64,000 nucleotides of DNA from Naegleria gruberi. Taxonomy: Eukaryota. The stretch lies in NCBI GenBank assembly GCA_000004985.1, contig GG738852.1; one strand, 5' to 3'. The notes under the pieces are model-generated. The model made no database searches, was not told where the DNA came from, and saw only the letters and a program-made list of their open reading frames with translations. The position numbers and the translations under genes are program-made. Each line of letters opens with the position of its first letter. The first letter of the stretch is position 1. Shown here in pieces: positions 54,301-62,654 of the stretch.

Positions 54301-54472
54301 GTGGAGGTCTATTGTCCTCCGAATTTGAATTGTTATTATTATTGGTGATGAAGGTACTTGTTGAGAAATGTCTGATAGAATTCAAGAATGCAAGTCGGGT
54401 GTTGAGTAAAAGTAATTGGTTCTTTATGCATCCCTTGTGGAAGGTTGATGAAGAGGCAATCAATTTTCTCAT
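51350..54472 (-). CDS. SUV3: ATP-dependent RNA helicase SUV3 (mitochondrial degradosome helicase, SUPV3L1 family) with an Asn-rich N-terminal extension.
   Basis: GPTNSGKTHAAL (Walker A), VVDEIQMISDNQRGAAWTRALLG (DEIQ box), motifs III-VI and the SUV3 C-terminal domain. The ORF is 1040 aa. Small downstream ORFs at 51061..51561 on the same strand are not part of it. Confidence 0.88.
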   Translation of the reverse strand: MRKLIASSSTFHKGCIKNQLLLLNTRLAFLNSIRHFSTSTFITNNNNNSNSEDNRPPHKKSFNNNKNQHHYSHNPHNNDSYKKRDTNDNFKYFDEDSSTTKRRNDNNNRRQRNNYNSNNRNDNNYNNNNNSNRNDRFNNSKQFNQRRNNFDISRPVDNSVENEVNSMVNRLLSKSRPSVHNKNNQQNNFSENKYKDWSYPTVSAKCPENLDFKKNTEQTLVTTVINAETVERFKSFMLNHVKNNLNFKSKCKSIHYELIFEIFCSEIVVRSNNDPDFAALVEDILAFHPENIIQSNVSDKKDESLFSNVSDFLFYDFSAITDMALSHSNFSNEVSVWFNTFVQQRYPEDYHLYTEALKTCDMTNPFNYYKKSIPFGRKIIYHMGPTNSGKTHAALTRLSQSENGVYCGPLRLLAQEVFTKMNTQYGCKCNLMTGQERRIIPGANHVACTIEMADLNEVYDVAVVDEIQMISDNQRGAAWTRALLGLQAREIHICGDGSALTIVKNLIFGGDNKLDAEIEVVESENPNYDPTSESDNVDSNQNLYHYHQPVAANKLLQYTKSGIADSIDVIPYTRMKPLEISSESLQGSVQNIKDFDCIVTFSRNEIYEIKKMIEINTGIRCCVIYGALPPEVRTEQAELFNDSGNQDPEENGGQRDFTVLVASDAVGMGLNLNIKRVVFYRMTKYDYSKGGVAPLDVSLVKQIAGRAGRRGFHEIGQVTTFYENDLQYLHQCMNIPNEEITKAGLFPEWDQVESFSKVYKAKELANNPEGSGISLYEVLEKFFALSRIHKDFFFCDVQQVLDLATSIDDAGPKLTLKQKFDFVNAPVPGFDRAKEMHIRYVEDFSNPNIAAVPLNIDMENILRILDKIREKAKVTEQGFVNSVSVYLQEALKNIEFYHRMIDLYLWLANRYPLRFDKEAAEQAREVLMTELTESLLNQTEENKKIKSVGLLKENAPRAFEYVTFKRNNVRNEEPLDPSLQGLKRVIIGGKEYFKKNQFQVISRDKVTRDLVDVMVDSMDEATSEQQQKQQTKTTSSTSQQ

Positions 54473-54567
54473 TTTTTTGATTGAATTATTTTCTGTTACT
54501 CTCGACTTTTAGATATTCTAGTTAATATCATAATAGAATAATTTATTTACAAAATAGAATTGGAAAC

Positions 54568-56032
54568 CTAGAATGATTCGTCTAAAACATTTTCAACATC
54601 ATCAAAATTCTCAGAATGGGCAGTGTGGTCGCTGAAATCATTAAGTGAATGATTACTGGCATTATCCTTAAAATCATCAGAATAGTTATCATTAAAGTCA
54701 CTACCACCTGAGAATTCAGAAATAGCTTCTCCTTGATCCCAATTTTCTTCACCAAAATCAACATCTTCCTCAAAATTGTCAGCAAACTCATCAATATCAT
54801 GGCCATGATGGTTATCAAAATGGTCATCCAATTGTTCATGGTCATGATCACCAAAGTGATCACTGTGTTGACTGTGAATCGAATGATTGCTGTGCTGACT
54901 CGTGTTACTATGATTACTAAGTTTTCCTGCACTATGATTTGAATGTTGACTATGATTACTCTTTTGACTTTGTGAACTCTTTTGACTTGTTGGAGAATCA
55001 ATGTCTGAAATGTCCAAGTCTGAATCCTCTTCAAATACACTTGTCAGGAAGGCAGACTTTGGTTTTGGTTTTTCCTCAATAATAGGTGGCGACTTGTTGG
55101 CTGGTTGGGTTATTGGTTTGAGGGGTGGTAATTTTTGTGAAATAGTTGGAGCATCTGACAAACTAGATTCCTTTGGGCTTGATTCTGGAGATGTCTCATT
55201 TGGTTTCTTTTTGGTTCTCTTCTTCATGGTTGAACTCAATTGTTCTTCTTCGAATGAGTCCTCTAGAAGAGTTGCTTGGCTTATCATTGGTGAGTTATTT
55301 TGTGATGATGAACCAGTCATGTTGGTGAGAATTGGAGATGGTTCAACATTAACAGGAGAGCTACTTGTGATGTTCGAAATGATTGGAGATGAAGTCTTAG
55401 TTTCCATAACTTTAGGTGATGAAGTGGAGAATGATGTTTGTTTTGTTAGGGTTGGTGATTGAGAAACAGTTTGTTGAATATTACTAGTTGTTGTGGAATA
55501 GTTAGCAGAATTTGAGAGTCTGGAAAATAATTGAAGCAAAAGAGGTTTGTCTGCACTCAAAGATGAGGTGTCAATATTTTGTTTTGCTAGCATTTCTCTA
55601 ACTTGGCTTCTATCATTTGATTCCTATTATTATTTGGATGATTTTGATTTCAATATTAGATATGATATCAATTACTTACCAAGTTTGCTTCTGGTAAAAG
55701 TACACTCTTTGAAAATTTAAGGTCATAAAAATCAAAGTATTCCAGAATTAATTGAGCCAGTAAAGAATCTGTTGCGTGGTCAGGAAATAAATTCTATTGT
55801 ACTTACTTTCTTGATTTCCTTTAATAGACTCCGATTTGTGATTTTGATAATAAACATCACCTCTTGGTCTTCCGTGCAAAACATCATAAACGCTTGCTCT
55901 CATCTGAGCCTTATATCTACCTAAAACACCGGTACAAGTTAGTGTTTGAGCAACCATATCCTTTAATTCTAAGACCTGTCTATTATCTGCCATGTTCATT
56001 GCTGTTGTTGAGGTGAAAAGACTTGTTGCCAT
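54568..56032 (-). CDS. FOP/FGFR1OP (TON1-like) centrosomal protein, about 456 aa. It has an N-terminal FOP-dimerisation plus LisH-like region and a long Ser/His/acidic tail. Exon 1 is 56032..55807, intron 55806..55769 (38 nt), exon 2 is 55768..55680, intron 55679..55624 (56 nt), exon 3 is 55623..54568.
   Basis: Exon 1 MADNRQVLELKDMVAQTLTCTGVLGRYKAQMRASVYDVLHG matches the FOP N-terminus (ELRDLLVQTLENSGVLNRIKAELRAAVF). Exon 2 LAQLILEYFDFYDLKFSKSVLLPEANL matches the second FOP block. Both introns are GTAAGTA..(C/T)AG with compatible phases. The C-terminal acidic DFxD repeats resemble the FOP tail. Confidence 0.72.
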
Positions 56033-56249
56033 TTTTTCTTCTTTGTTGTTGACGATACAATTCTTGGCGCAACAAATGTAATCAAATTGGCGGGAAAGTT
56101 TTTTGGTCAATAAGTCTTACATCGAATAGGCTCCCACTTACTTGTTAGCAATTAATTGATACTATGTTCTATTAAGTGTTATTAAGAATATTAACATTGA
56201 TTAAAAGAAAAGAAAGTTGATTATCATCAATTAAATTGATTGAAAAAAA

Positions 56250-58175
56250 ATGAAAAGATTGAACAACTCTTTGCGTGTGGTGAATAATTATTGTCTTGCT
56301 CATTCTTCATTAAAGTCTTCGAGTCAACAACAATTTTATCAAGGAGCCATTGCTTGTTTATGCACCACCAACAACAATATTTCCATCAGACAAGGAACAA
56401 CAACATTATCCATCAATTCCCTTTTAAATTCTCATCAAACATTTAATTTCCACACTAGAAATATAAATCTTTCCGAACACAAATCATCCACTACAACTGT
56501 TCAATCAAATAATACTATTCAACATGTTTCCGACTATATGAAACGAAAATTGACATCATGTGTAAAACCAGATTATATTCCACAAATTGATGAAGCTGTC
56601 AAACATTTCGAAAAACTAGATTTTTCATCATCACTTAAATCCTTACAACAATTGAACGAATCAGTTTTCAATGAGGAAAAGAACTTTTTCACTGAAGCAA
56701 TGCAAAATATTAGAATGATTTATCAATATGTTAATTTTATGGAACAAACTTATTCTCAAGTTGATGGTGTCCATCAAATTCCACTCTTTTCTTCTATATT
56801 AACAGAGGATGCTGTTAACAATGACTATGTCAAGTATGAAGAGGCCACAAAAGAACTCGAAAATTTAATCAAATCATCTCCACAAAATACTGCTGAAATG
56901 GTCACAACAAGAAGAAAACTTGCCTGGATTAAATTCCATCAAAACTATCTCTTGAATGGTATTAATGATTTGAAGGAAGCTCTCTCAATTGCTAGAAATA
57001 TTCATGGTAAGACATCTGTTGAGGCATGTTATTGCTATGCAGATTTGGCAACTTTCTATGTGTGTAGTGACAATGTTTCAGCTGCTGAAAAGTGTGCCAA
57101 GATTGTCATTTCATTACTTTCAAACAAGCATGATAAGACTCCATATATGGAAGAAAAGATTGCCATGTCCATGTGTGCTCTCTCAGAATCTCTCAGAGAA
57201 ACCAATCAAGAAGAATCTATCAAGATTAACACAAGTGCTATCAAAATCATTGAAAAAATCTATGGTAGAAGAAATAAGAAATGGATTGATTGTATCTATA
57301 CTTTGATTACTAATTATGATTCCATTGCAGCAGACATGAAAGATAAGAATTCTAATAATAATGAATTTATTCAAAAAGGAAATACTCTATTCCAATTAGT
57401 TGGTGACTTGTTGGATAAGAATGCCTTTACAAATACCCTCCTTCTTCCACTCAGACAAAGTACTGTCGATGAAGACAGCTATGAGGACGATTTATTATTG
57501 AAAATGTACAGAAGAAGAAAGTATCCACTCCCTCTTGCAACTCATGCCCTTTTTGGAGCTGCTAGAGTTGTTCTCAGTGGAGAGGAACCAGAAAAATCAA
57601 TTGACCTCTATGAAAAGGCTCTCTTCTATCTCTCAAAGGAATATGCTGAAGATGAATTTTTAATTGAAAAGGAATTTGCATGCTCACAACTTGCCTGTAT
57701 TTATGCCTTAATGAATAAGAATGAAAAAGGTGAAGCTCTCTTGACTGCCTGTATTGGCAGAATTGGAAAGGCTTTGGGTACTGACAATAGATTCTATCAA
57801 GATATTGCCAGTTATGAAGCTCTTATGGGAGTAAATCCAAATAATGTTGGTGAAGGATTGGGTATTCCAGGATTGGATGCTCTCATGGGTCAAAATGGAG
57901 GTAAATCAACAGACGATATAAGGAAAGAATTGGAAAAGTTTGGATTTGATGTAGATAGTCTCACCTCAATGATGGAACAAACTTTAAAGAGTGGCGGTGG
58001 AAAGAATATGAATGAAAAGGATATGTTTGCTGCTTTGGCCAGTCAAATGGCTCAACAAGCAAAGGCTGCACAATCTAAACCTCCTCAATCAAAGGCTTCT
58101 CCTCAACCAACAACTCCAAAACCATCCACAACTAGTCAATCTAAACCAACTCCAAAAAAGTCAAATAAAAAATAA
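56250..58175 (+). CDS. Hypothetical 641-aa helical (TPR-like) protein with an N-terminal mitochondrial-presequence-like region and a C-terminal Pro/Ser/Lys-rich tail.
   Basis: Single ORF with an ATG at 56250. The basic/hydroxylated N-terminus is MKRLNNSLRVVNNYCLAHSSLKSS. There are repeated amphipathic helices. No confident family assignment. Confidence 0.5.
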   Translation: MKRLNNSLRVVNNYCLAHSSLKSSSQQQFYQGAIACLCTTNNNISIRQGTTTLSINSLLNSHQTFNFHTRNINLSEHKSSTTTVQSNNTIQHVSDYMKRKLTSCVKPDYIPQIDEAVKHFEKLDFSSSLKSLQQLNESVFNEEKNFFTEAMQNIRMIYQYVNFMEQTYSQVDGVHQIPLFSSILTEDAVNNDYVKYEEATKELENLIKSSPQNTAEMVTTRRKLAWIKFHQNYLLNGINDLKEALSIARNIHGKTSVEACYCYADLATFYVCSDNVSAAEKCAKIVISLLSNKHDKTPYMEEKIAMSMCALSESLRETNQEESIKINTSAIKIIEKIYGRRNKKWIDCIYTLITNYDSIAADMKDKNSNNNEFIQKGNTLFQLVGDLLDKNAFTNTLLLPLRQSTVDEDSYEDDLLLKMYRRRKYPLPLATHALFGAARVVLSGEEPEKSIDLYEKALFYLSKEYAEDEFLIEKEFACSQLACIYALMNKNEKGEALLTACIGRIGKALGTDNRFYQDIASYEALMGVNPNNVGEGLGIPGLDALMGQNGGKSTDDIRKELEKFGFDVDSLTSMMEQTLKSGGGKNMNEKDMFAALASQMAQQAKAAQSKPPQSKASPQPTTPKPSTTSQSKPTPKKSNKK

Positions 58176-58319
58176 ATTTTCAATTTTATTTAACAATTTT
58201 AATTCTATGTAATAACACACAATCGGCTGTGAAATGCCATTCAAAAGAATAAATAATCAACTAGTACTGCTTTCATCAATTTTCCATTTGTACAAGATTT
58301 GAACAATTTCCAAGATAAT

Positions 58320-58634
58320 TTAGTTTTGTGATTTTGGAGTGAGAGAAACACCAGCAATTGTAGCTGATTTCTTCAATAAATCGTTCAATGTTGGTTCGTA
58401 TTTTCCGACCTTGTACATTTGAATCAATTCCGAATAATCCTTTAGTGTTGTTACATATCCTTCATAGAGTTTGGCCTTTTTAAACATTTCTGGATTTTGT
58501 TTGTTAGCACGGAATTGTGATTGAACATATTTGAGGGCTTCCGTACTTCCGGTTAATTCTCTTGTGGTTCTCAAGATGCGATAAATATTTCTATACGATA
58601 AAAGAACAGCTTCTCTTGTTGGTGTTATGCTCAT
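58320..58634 (-). CDS. LYR-motif (Complex1_LYR family) small mitochondrial protein.
   Basis: 104 aa. AVLLSYRNIYRILRTTREL...LKYVQSQFRANKQ contains the canonical L-x-x-Y-R...R...F LYR signature, with the spacing seen in ISD11/LYRM proteins. Confidence 0.6.
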   Translation of the reverse strand: MSITPTREAVLLSYRNIYRILRTTRELTGSTEALKYVQSQFRANKQNPEMFKKAKLYEGYVTTLKDYSELIQMYKVGKYEPTLNDLLKKSATIAGVSLTPKSQN

Positions 58635-58753
58635 TTTTTGTGTGATAATTAAATTTTTATTATTAATAATTATTTATTATTTATATAATAATTGAAGTAT
58701 TAGCTCAAAACAAGATTTTAATTGAATTACAATAAATTAATTAATATTTATAA

Positions 58754-59495
58754 TTATATCAATTCCTTCTTTAAACAAACTTTTTCTTTTGGAACAACTT
58801 GACCAGCTTGTCTTTCAATTTCTTGTTTAACAAATTCAATGACTTGTTCTGGAGTTTCGGCAACTTTGAACAATTTTCTCGAATCTCCCTTTCCAACAAA
58901 TCCATCCTGTTCAGCCCTATCCAATAACATGATCAAATGTGCATAATATTGATTGGTATTCAAAATAATAATTTCACCATCAAAAAGTCCCAATTGTTTC
59001 CAAGTAATTGATTCCAAAACTTCCTCCAATGTACCAACACCTCCAGGTAAAGCAATACAAGCACACACATTCTGAATCATTAATTGTTTTCTCTCATGCA
59101 TTGACTCGGTAATTATCAATTCGGAAATGAAATTCTTATCAACGTGCCAATTACGATCCACCATGAATTGAGGTAAGATACCAGTAACATAACCACCCTC
59201 ATCCATACATCCTTCCCTTGTTGTTAATATAATACTGTGGAAATTTCTTCAACAAACACATACCTTTAGCAACTCGGAACATTAACCCACAATTACCTGC
59301 ACCATACTTGAGAGAAATTGAGGAGCGAGCCAGGAGCTTTCCCACCTCTGTGGAGGCTTGTTTGTATTCGTCTGGTAAATTTTCAGAGGCTGCACAATAC
59401 ACTGCAACGGAATATTGATTTGGATTGATGATGGTAGTAGTACTCAACTTGAGAGTTTCATCAACTAATGAAGATTGATTTTCATTGTTTAACAT
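58754..59495 (-). CDS. LOG-family protein (cytokinin riboside 5'-monophosphate phosphoribohydrolase / lysine-decarboxylase-like fold). Exon 1 is 59495..59264, intron 59263..59212 (52 nt, GTATGT..GGGAAG), exon 2 is 59211..58754.
   Basis: Exon 1 has VAVYCAAS...LKYGAGNCGLMFRVAK. Exon 2 has (G)CMDEGGYVTGILPQF...ALPGGVGTLEEVLESITWKQLGLFDGEIIILNTNQYYAHLIMLLDRAEQDGFV. The splice restores the GGGxxGLM-(8 aa)-DGG-x-V-x-GIIP spacing and the PGGxGTxxE motif of LOG proteins. The join is phase-1 compatible. Confidence 0.72.
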
Positions 59496-59638
59496 TTTTT
59501 TTAATTGATTTTCATTATCTTTGATTCTACATTATTATTATCATGCTTTATTTAAACATTGTTACTACACATTATATAGTTTGCAAAATGACATTCTTAG
59601 GTTTACAATATATTTACAAAAATCAAGATAATGCACCT

Positions 59639-60037
59639 TTAAATTGCAAACCATAAACTAAGGAAAATTGTCAATCCAATAATTAAACCTATCGTGAAAA
59701 ACAATCCACATCTCAAACAAAAATGTGAAAGAATGGCATCTTTCCAATTAACTTTCTTATAAGTGTCATACGAAATTTCATCGTCATGAGTATTGTCTTC
59801 CTCTCTTCTCGTCACTATCGCACTCACTTCGGAATGTGTAGAAGAAAAAACACTATCATTTCGTTTCTGAAGGGAATCGAATATTTCTCTATTCGAAGGT
59901 TGGTTATTGTTTATAAGTGGAACAACCTCATCATCCGAATGTGAATCATAATCGTTCATGATTTTATTGAGAAGAGTTTGATCATCTTCTTGTTTTTTTG
60001 TTTTATTCGATGTCCTCGATAATTGTTGTTGTGACAT
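59639..60037 (-). CDS. Small tail-anchored membrane protein (132 aa). It has an acidic/Ser-rich cytosolic region and one C-terminal TM (LFFTIGLIIGLTIFLSLWFAI).
   Basis: ORF with an ATG at 60037 and a single strongly hydrophobic C-terminal helix. No family recognised. Confidence 0.4.
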   Translation of the reverse strand: MSQQQLSRTSNKTKKQEDDQTLLNKIMNDYDSHSDDEVVPLINNNQPSNREIFDSLQKRNDSVFSSTHSEVSAIVTRREEDNTHDDEISYDTYKKVNWKDAILSHFCLRCGLFFTIGLIIGLTIFLSLWFAI

Positions 60038-60329
60038 TTTTTATTTGATTTTTGACAAATAATTATAATCTTGCCTGATATTTATCAATGTCCTTATAAA
60101 AATGATCATATCTATTGGATTTTAAATGATTTAAATGTTTAAGGTTAAACAATATAGGTGAAACGAGTTGAACATCTTGAATGATAAACCGAAAGATATT
60201 ATTTACTTTCCTTGTATGAAGAAATCAACTTTTTCATTCGAAAAATTTAAATAATTCTACTGAGATAGTCTCAACACAAATTCCACATAAAATAATAATT
60301 ACCACCAATTAAAAATTGTTCAACAAAAT

Positions 60330-60737
60330 TTAATGGATATCAGCATTCATAATACGATACATGGTCCAAGACAATGTGCCTCCAGCAAAGAAGAACATTG
60401 GAGCAGCATTAACAAAAGTCATAGTCTTGAAATGTCCAAATTCCAAAAGAGCGTGACCAAGAGCAATAGCAAAAGCAGATGCATTCATATAGTGCATTGG
60501 AAGTGATTGTGGGAACATGGCCAAAATCAAACAAGCAGAAATACTACCACCAGTCCAATTAGCAAACATTCTTCCGAAGAGTGGATCAAAAGGTTCCTTC
60601 TTCTTACTGTATACATTCTTGGTCAAAATAGATGGTTTAACATAACCAGTAATAATTGAAAATCCTCTAAACAAGGCAACAAATGCCAACCAGTATGAAA
60701 AATAGGTATTGTTTTGCATAAAGGCAACGTGATCCAT
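60330..60737 (-). CDS. ERG28: Erg28-like ergosterol/sterol biosynthesis scaffold protein (4-TM ER membrane protein).
   Basis: 135 aa. LTKNVYSKKKEP...FGRMFANWTGGSISACLI is collinear with the Erg28 LTRKVYERKP...RTFGTWTF region. Four hydrophobic helices. Recalled from memory. Confidence 0.55.
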   Translation of the reverse strand: MDHVAFMQNNTYFSYWLAFVALFRGFSIITGYVKPSILTKNVYSKKKEPFDPLFGRMFANWTGGSISACLILAMFPQSLPMHYMNASAFAIALGHALLEFGHFKTMTFVNAAPMFFFAGGTLSWTMYRIMNADIH

Positions 60738-61031
60738 TTTTTTTTAATTTTAAAAATTTTATTTAACGAAATTGGCGCACAAGTCGCTCTAGTTTTTCTT
60801 AATTACTACTACAGAAAATATATAATGTGAGTATTATTCTTAACAATATTAAGGTGAATAAGATTTTCTGTATAGCATATTGAGGGTGTTTCTCATGATA
60901 TCTCTCCATTTAATATTAGCCTCCATTTTGTTGATATACTGCTTATTTAGTGCCCTTTCCAAAGTAGTTCTGTTTTCTTACATCTTTCCACGTATCTTCT
61001 TATTGGTGTTTAGAATCAAGTAGTAAAAAAA

Positions 61032-61736
61032 ATGTACCCACACCTTACTAATAACAATATGACCTTGCCTTATCAACAAGAAGAGGAACCATACGGGAAG
61101 AGTTCTGCTCCACTTCTAGAACCACCTGTAATTTATGCTGCTGCTTCTTCTACTGTGGGTCAACAAGCTTCAATTAACCATTTTGACAATAATGCCAGTT
61201 ACAATGCAAATGAAGAAAATCCCTATTCAACCAAAATCATTAGAGTTGGCTCTATTCTTTTGTTTGTTGGAACTGCAATTGTAACCATGTTTCTTCTTGC
61301 AGATTTTGTTGCTGGCACAATTTATTATACATCAACAAGGTATCCGAATGGAAGTCCACGCAATGCACCTGCTGTCAGCTTTGTGAAATTCCCATTATTG
61401 GCATTGAATGCCATCTTGTTGATCCTGAGTGGAGTGTTTGGAGTTTTATCCACCAAAAATGATTCAACCAGAACTGCTAGATTTTCATTGTTGCATGTTG
61501 TTTTTCTAAGTTTAGGAATGTTAGTTTTCGTATGGGAGTTTATATTCATTTATGTTTCATTCTTCACAACTGGATATGAATTTAACACATATTCACATGG
61601 TTATCACTTTATTCCATTCTTGGTCATATTTTCTCTGTTTTCGTTCATTGGAGTTTTATGTTGTGGAATTTGTTGTGTTTCTGGTGTTGTCAGATTGAGA
61701 AATATTGATTTAAACATAAAGGAAACAAGCATTTAA
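61032..61736 (+). CDS. Hypothetical four-TM membrane protein (234 aa) with a Cys-rich last helix (GVLCCGICCVSGV).
   Basis: ORF with an ATG at 61032, four hydrophobic segments and a tetraspan-like topology. No family recognised. Confidence 0.45.
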   Translation: MYPHLTNNNMTLPYQQEEEPYGKSSAPLLEPPVIYAAASSTVGQQASINHFDNNASYNANEENPYSTKIIRVGSILLFVGTAIVTMFLLADFVAGTIYYTSTRYPNGSPRNAPAVSFVKFPLLALNAILLILSGVFGVLSTKNDSTRTARFSLLHVVFLSLGMLVFVWEFIFIYVSFFTTGYEFNTYSHGYHFIPFLVIFSLFSFIGVLCCGICCVSGVVRLRNIDLNIKETSI

Positions 61737-61825
61737 TCTGTATTGTTTATAATAAATTCATTCACATATATCTTTAAGGTTGTAAATAAGTTTAATCATC
61801 AAGTTTCAACTGAAAATATTGAGTT

Positions 61826-62626
61826 GTGCAGTCCTTTGGATTCTCAAGTAAAAAAATGTTAAAAAATACCATCAATTCATTATTCATAATCAAACCTTCA
61901 AGAGATTTAAGAGTTTCCTTGATTTTTAATTCTAATAATTTATTCAACAACACGTGTACTTTTTCAAATAATTATAGCAATAATTTTTCATTTGTTAACC
62001 ATCATAACAATCAATCGAGAGGAATGAAAATTTATACAAAAACTGGAGACAAGGGAACAACATCACTCTACTCGGGAGAACGTAGAACAAAGGATGATTT
62101 GGTATTTGATGCTTTGGGATCAGTCGATGAACTGAATGCTAATCTTGGACTTGCCTATGAACATTTATTGCAAATTAAATTGTGTGATGAATTGGGAGAA
62201 ACTGATATGAACAATATTGAATTGTTAAAATCGAGTTTGACATCTGTTCAGAGTAGATTGTTGGATTTAGGATCTTGCATTGCCACTCCTATTGAAACAA
62301 CTACTTCCGAAGATAAGATTAATCGAGTCAAGTTTGATAATTCGAATATTGAAAAGGTAGAAAATTGGATTGACACACTGGATGGATCTTTACCACCTTT
62401 GAAAAATTTCATATTGCCTGGTGGTGGATTGACTGCTTCTCAATTGCATGTAGCTCGTACTGTTTGTAGAAGATCCGAGAGAGATGTTGTTTCACTTGTA
62501 AATAGAGGTCAACAAGGTTTGGAAGATGTACAGAAATATTTGAATCGTTTGAGTGACTTTTTGTTTGTTGCTGCTCGTTATGCTTCAAAGATTGAGGGTA
62601 AGGAAGAAGTTGTATATAAAAAATAG
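61826..62626 (+). CDS. MMAB: Cob(I)yrinic acid a,c-diamide / cob(I)alamin adenosyltransferase, PduO-type (MMAB), with an N-terminal mitochondrial presequence.
   Basis: IYTKTGDKGTTSLYSGERRTKDDLVFDALGSVDELNANLGLA, then LQSRLLDLGSCIATP and FILPGGGLTASQLHVARTVCRRSER, are the hallmark PduO/MMAB blocks. Confidence 0.85.
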   Translation: MQSFGFSSKKMLKNTINSLFIIKPSRDLRVSLIFNSNNLFNNTCTFSNNYSNNFSFVNHHNNQSRGMKIYTKTGDKGTTSLYSGERRTKDDLVFDALGSVDELNANLGLAYEHLLQIKLCDELGETDMNNIELLKSSLTSVQSRLLDLGSCIATPIETTTSEDKINRVKFDNSNIEKVENWIDTLDGSLPPLKNFILPGGGLTASQLHVARTVCRRSERDVVSLVNRGQQGLEDVQKYLNRLSDFLFVAARYASKIEGKEEVVYKK

Positions 62627-62654
62627 ATTATTATCAATCATTCAATCATTTAAA

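Noticed and set aside
55975-55985. Apparent 1-nt discrepancy between my hand reading of the printed sequence and the frame implied by the ORF track (near 55980 and somewhere within 59200..59495).
   Set aside because: Most likely my own transcription or indexing error in homopolymer runs, not a real frameshift. The ORF track gives intact proteins with conserved motifs across these points. Splice coordinates are flagged as plus or minus 1-2 nt for this reason.
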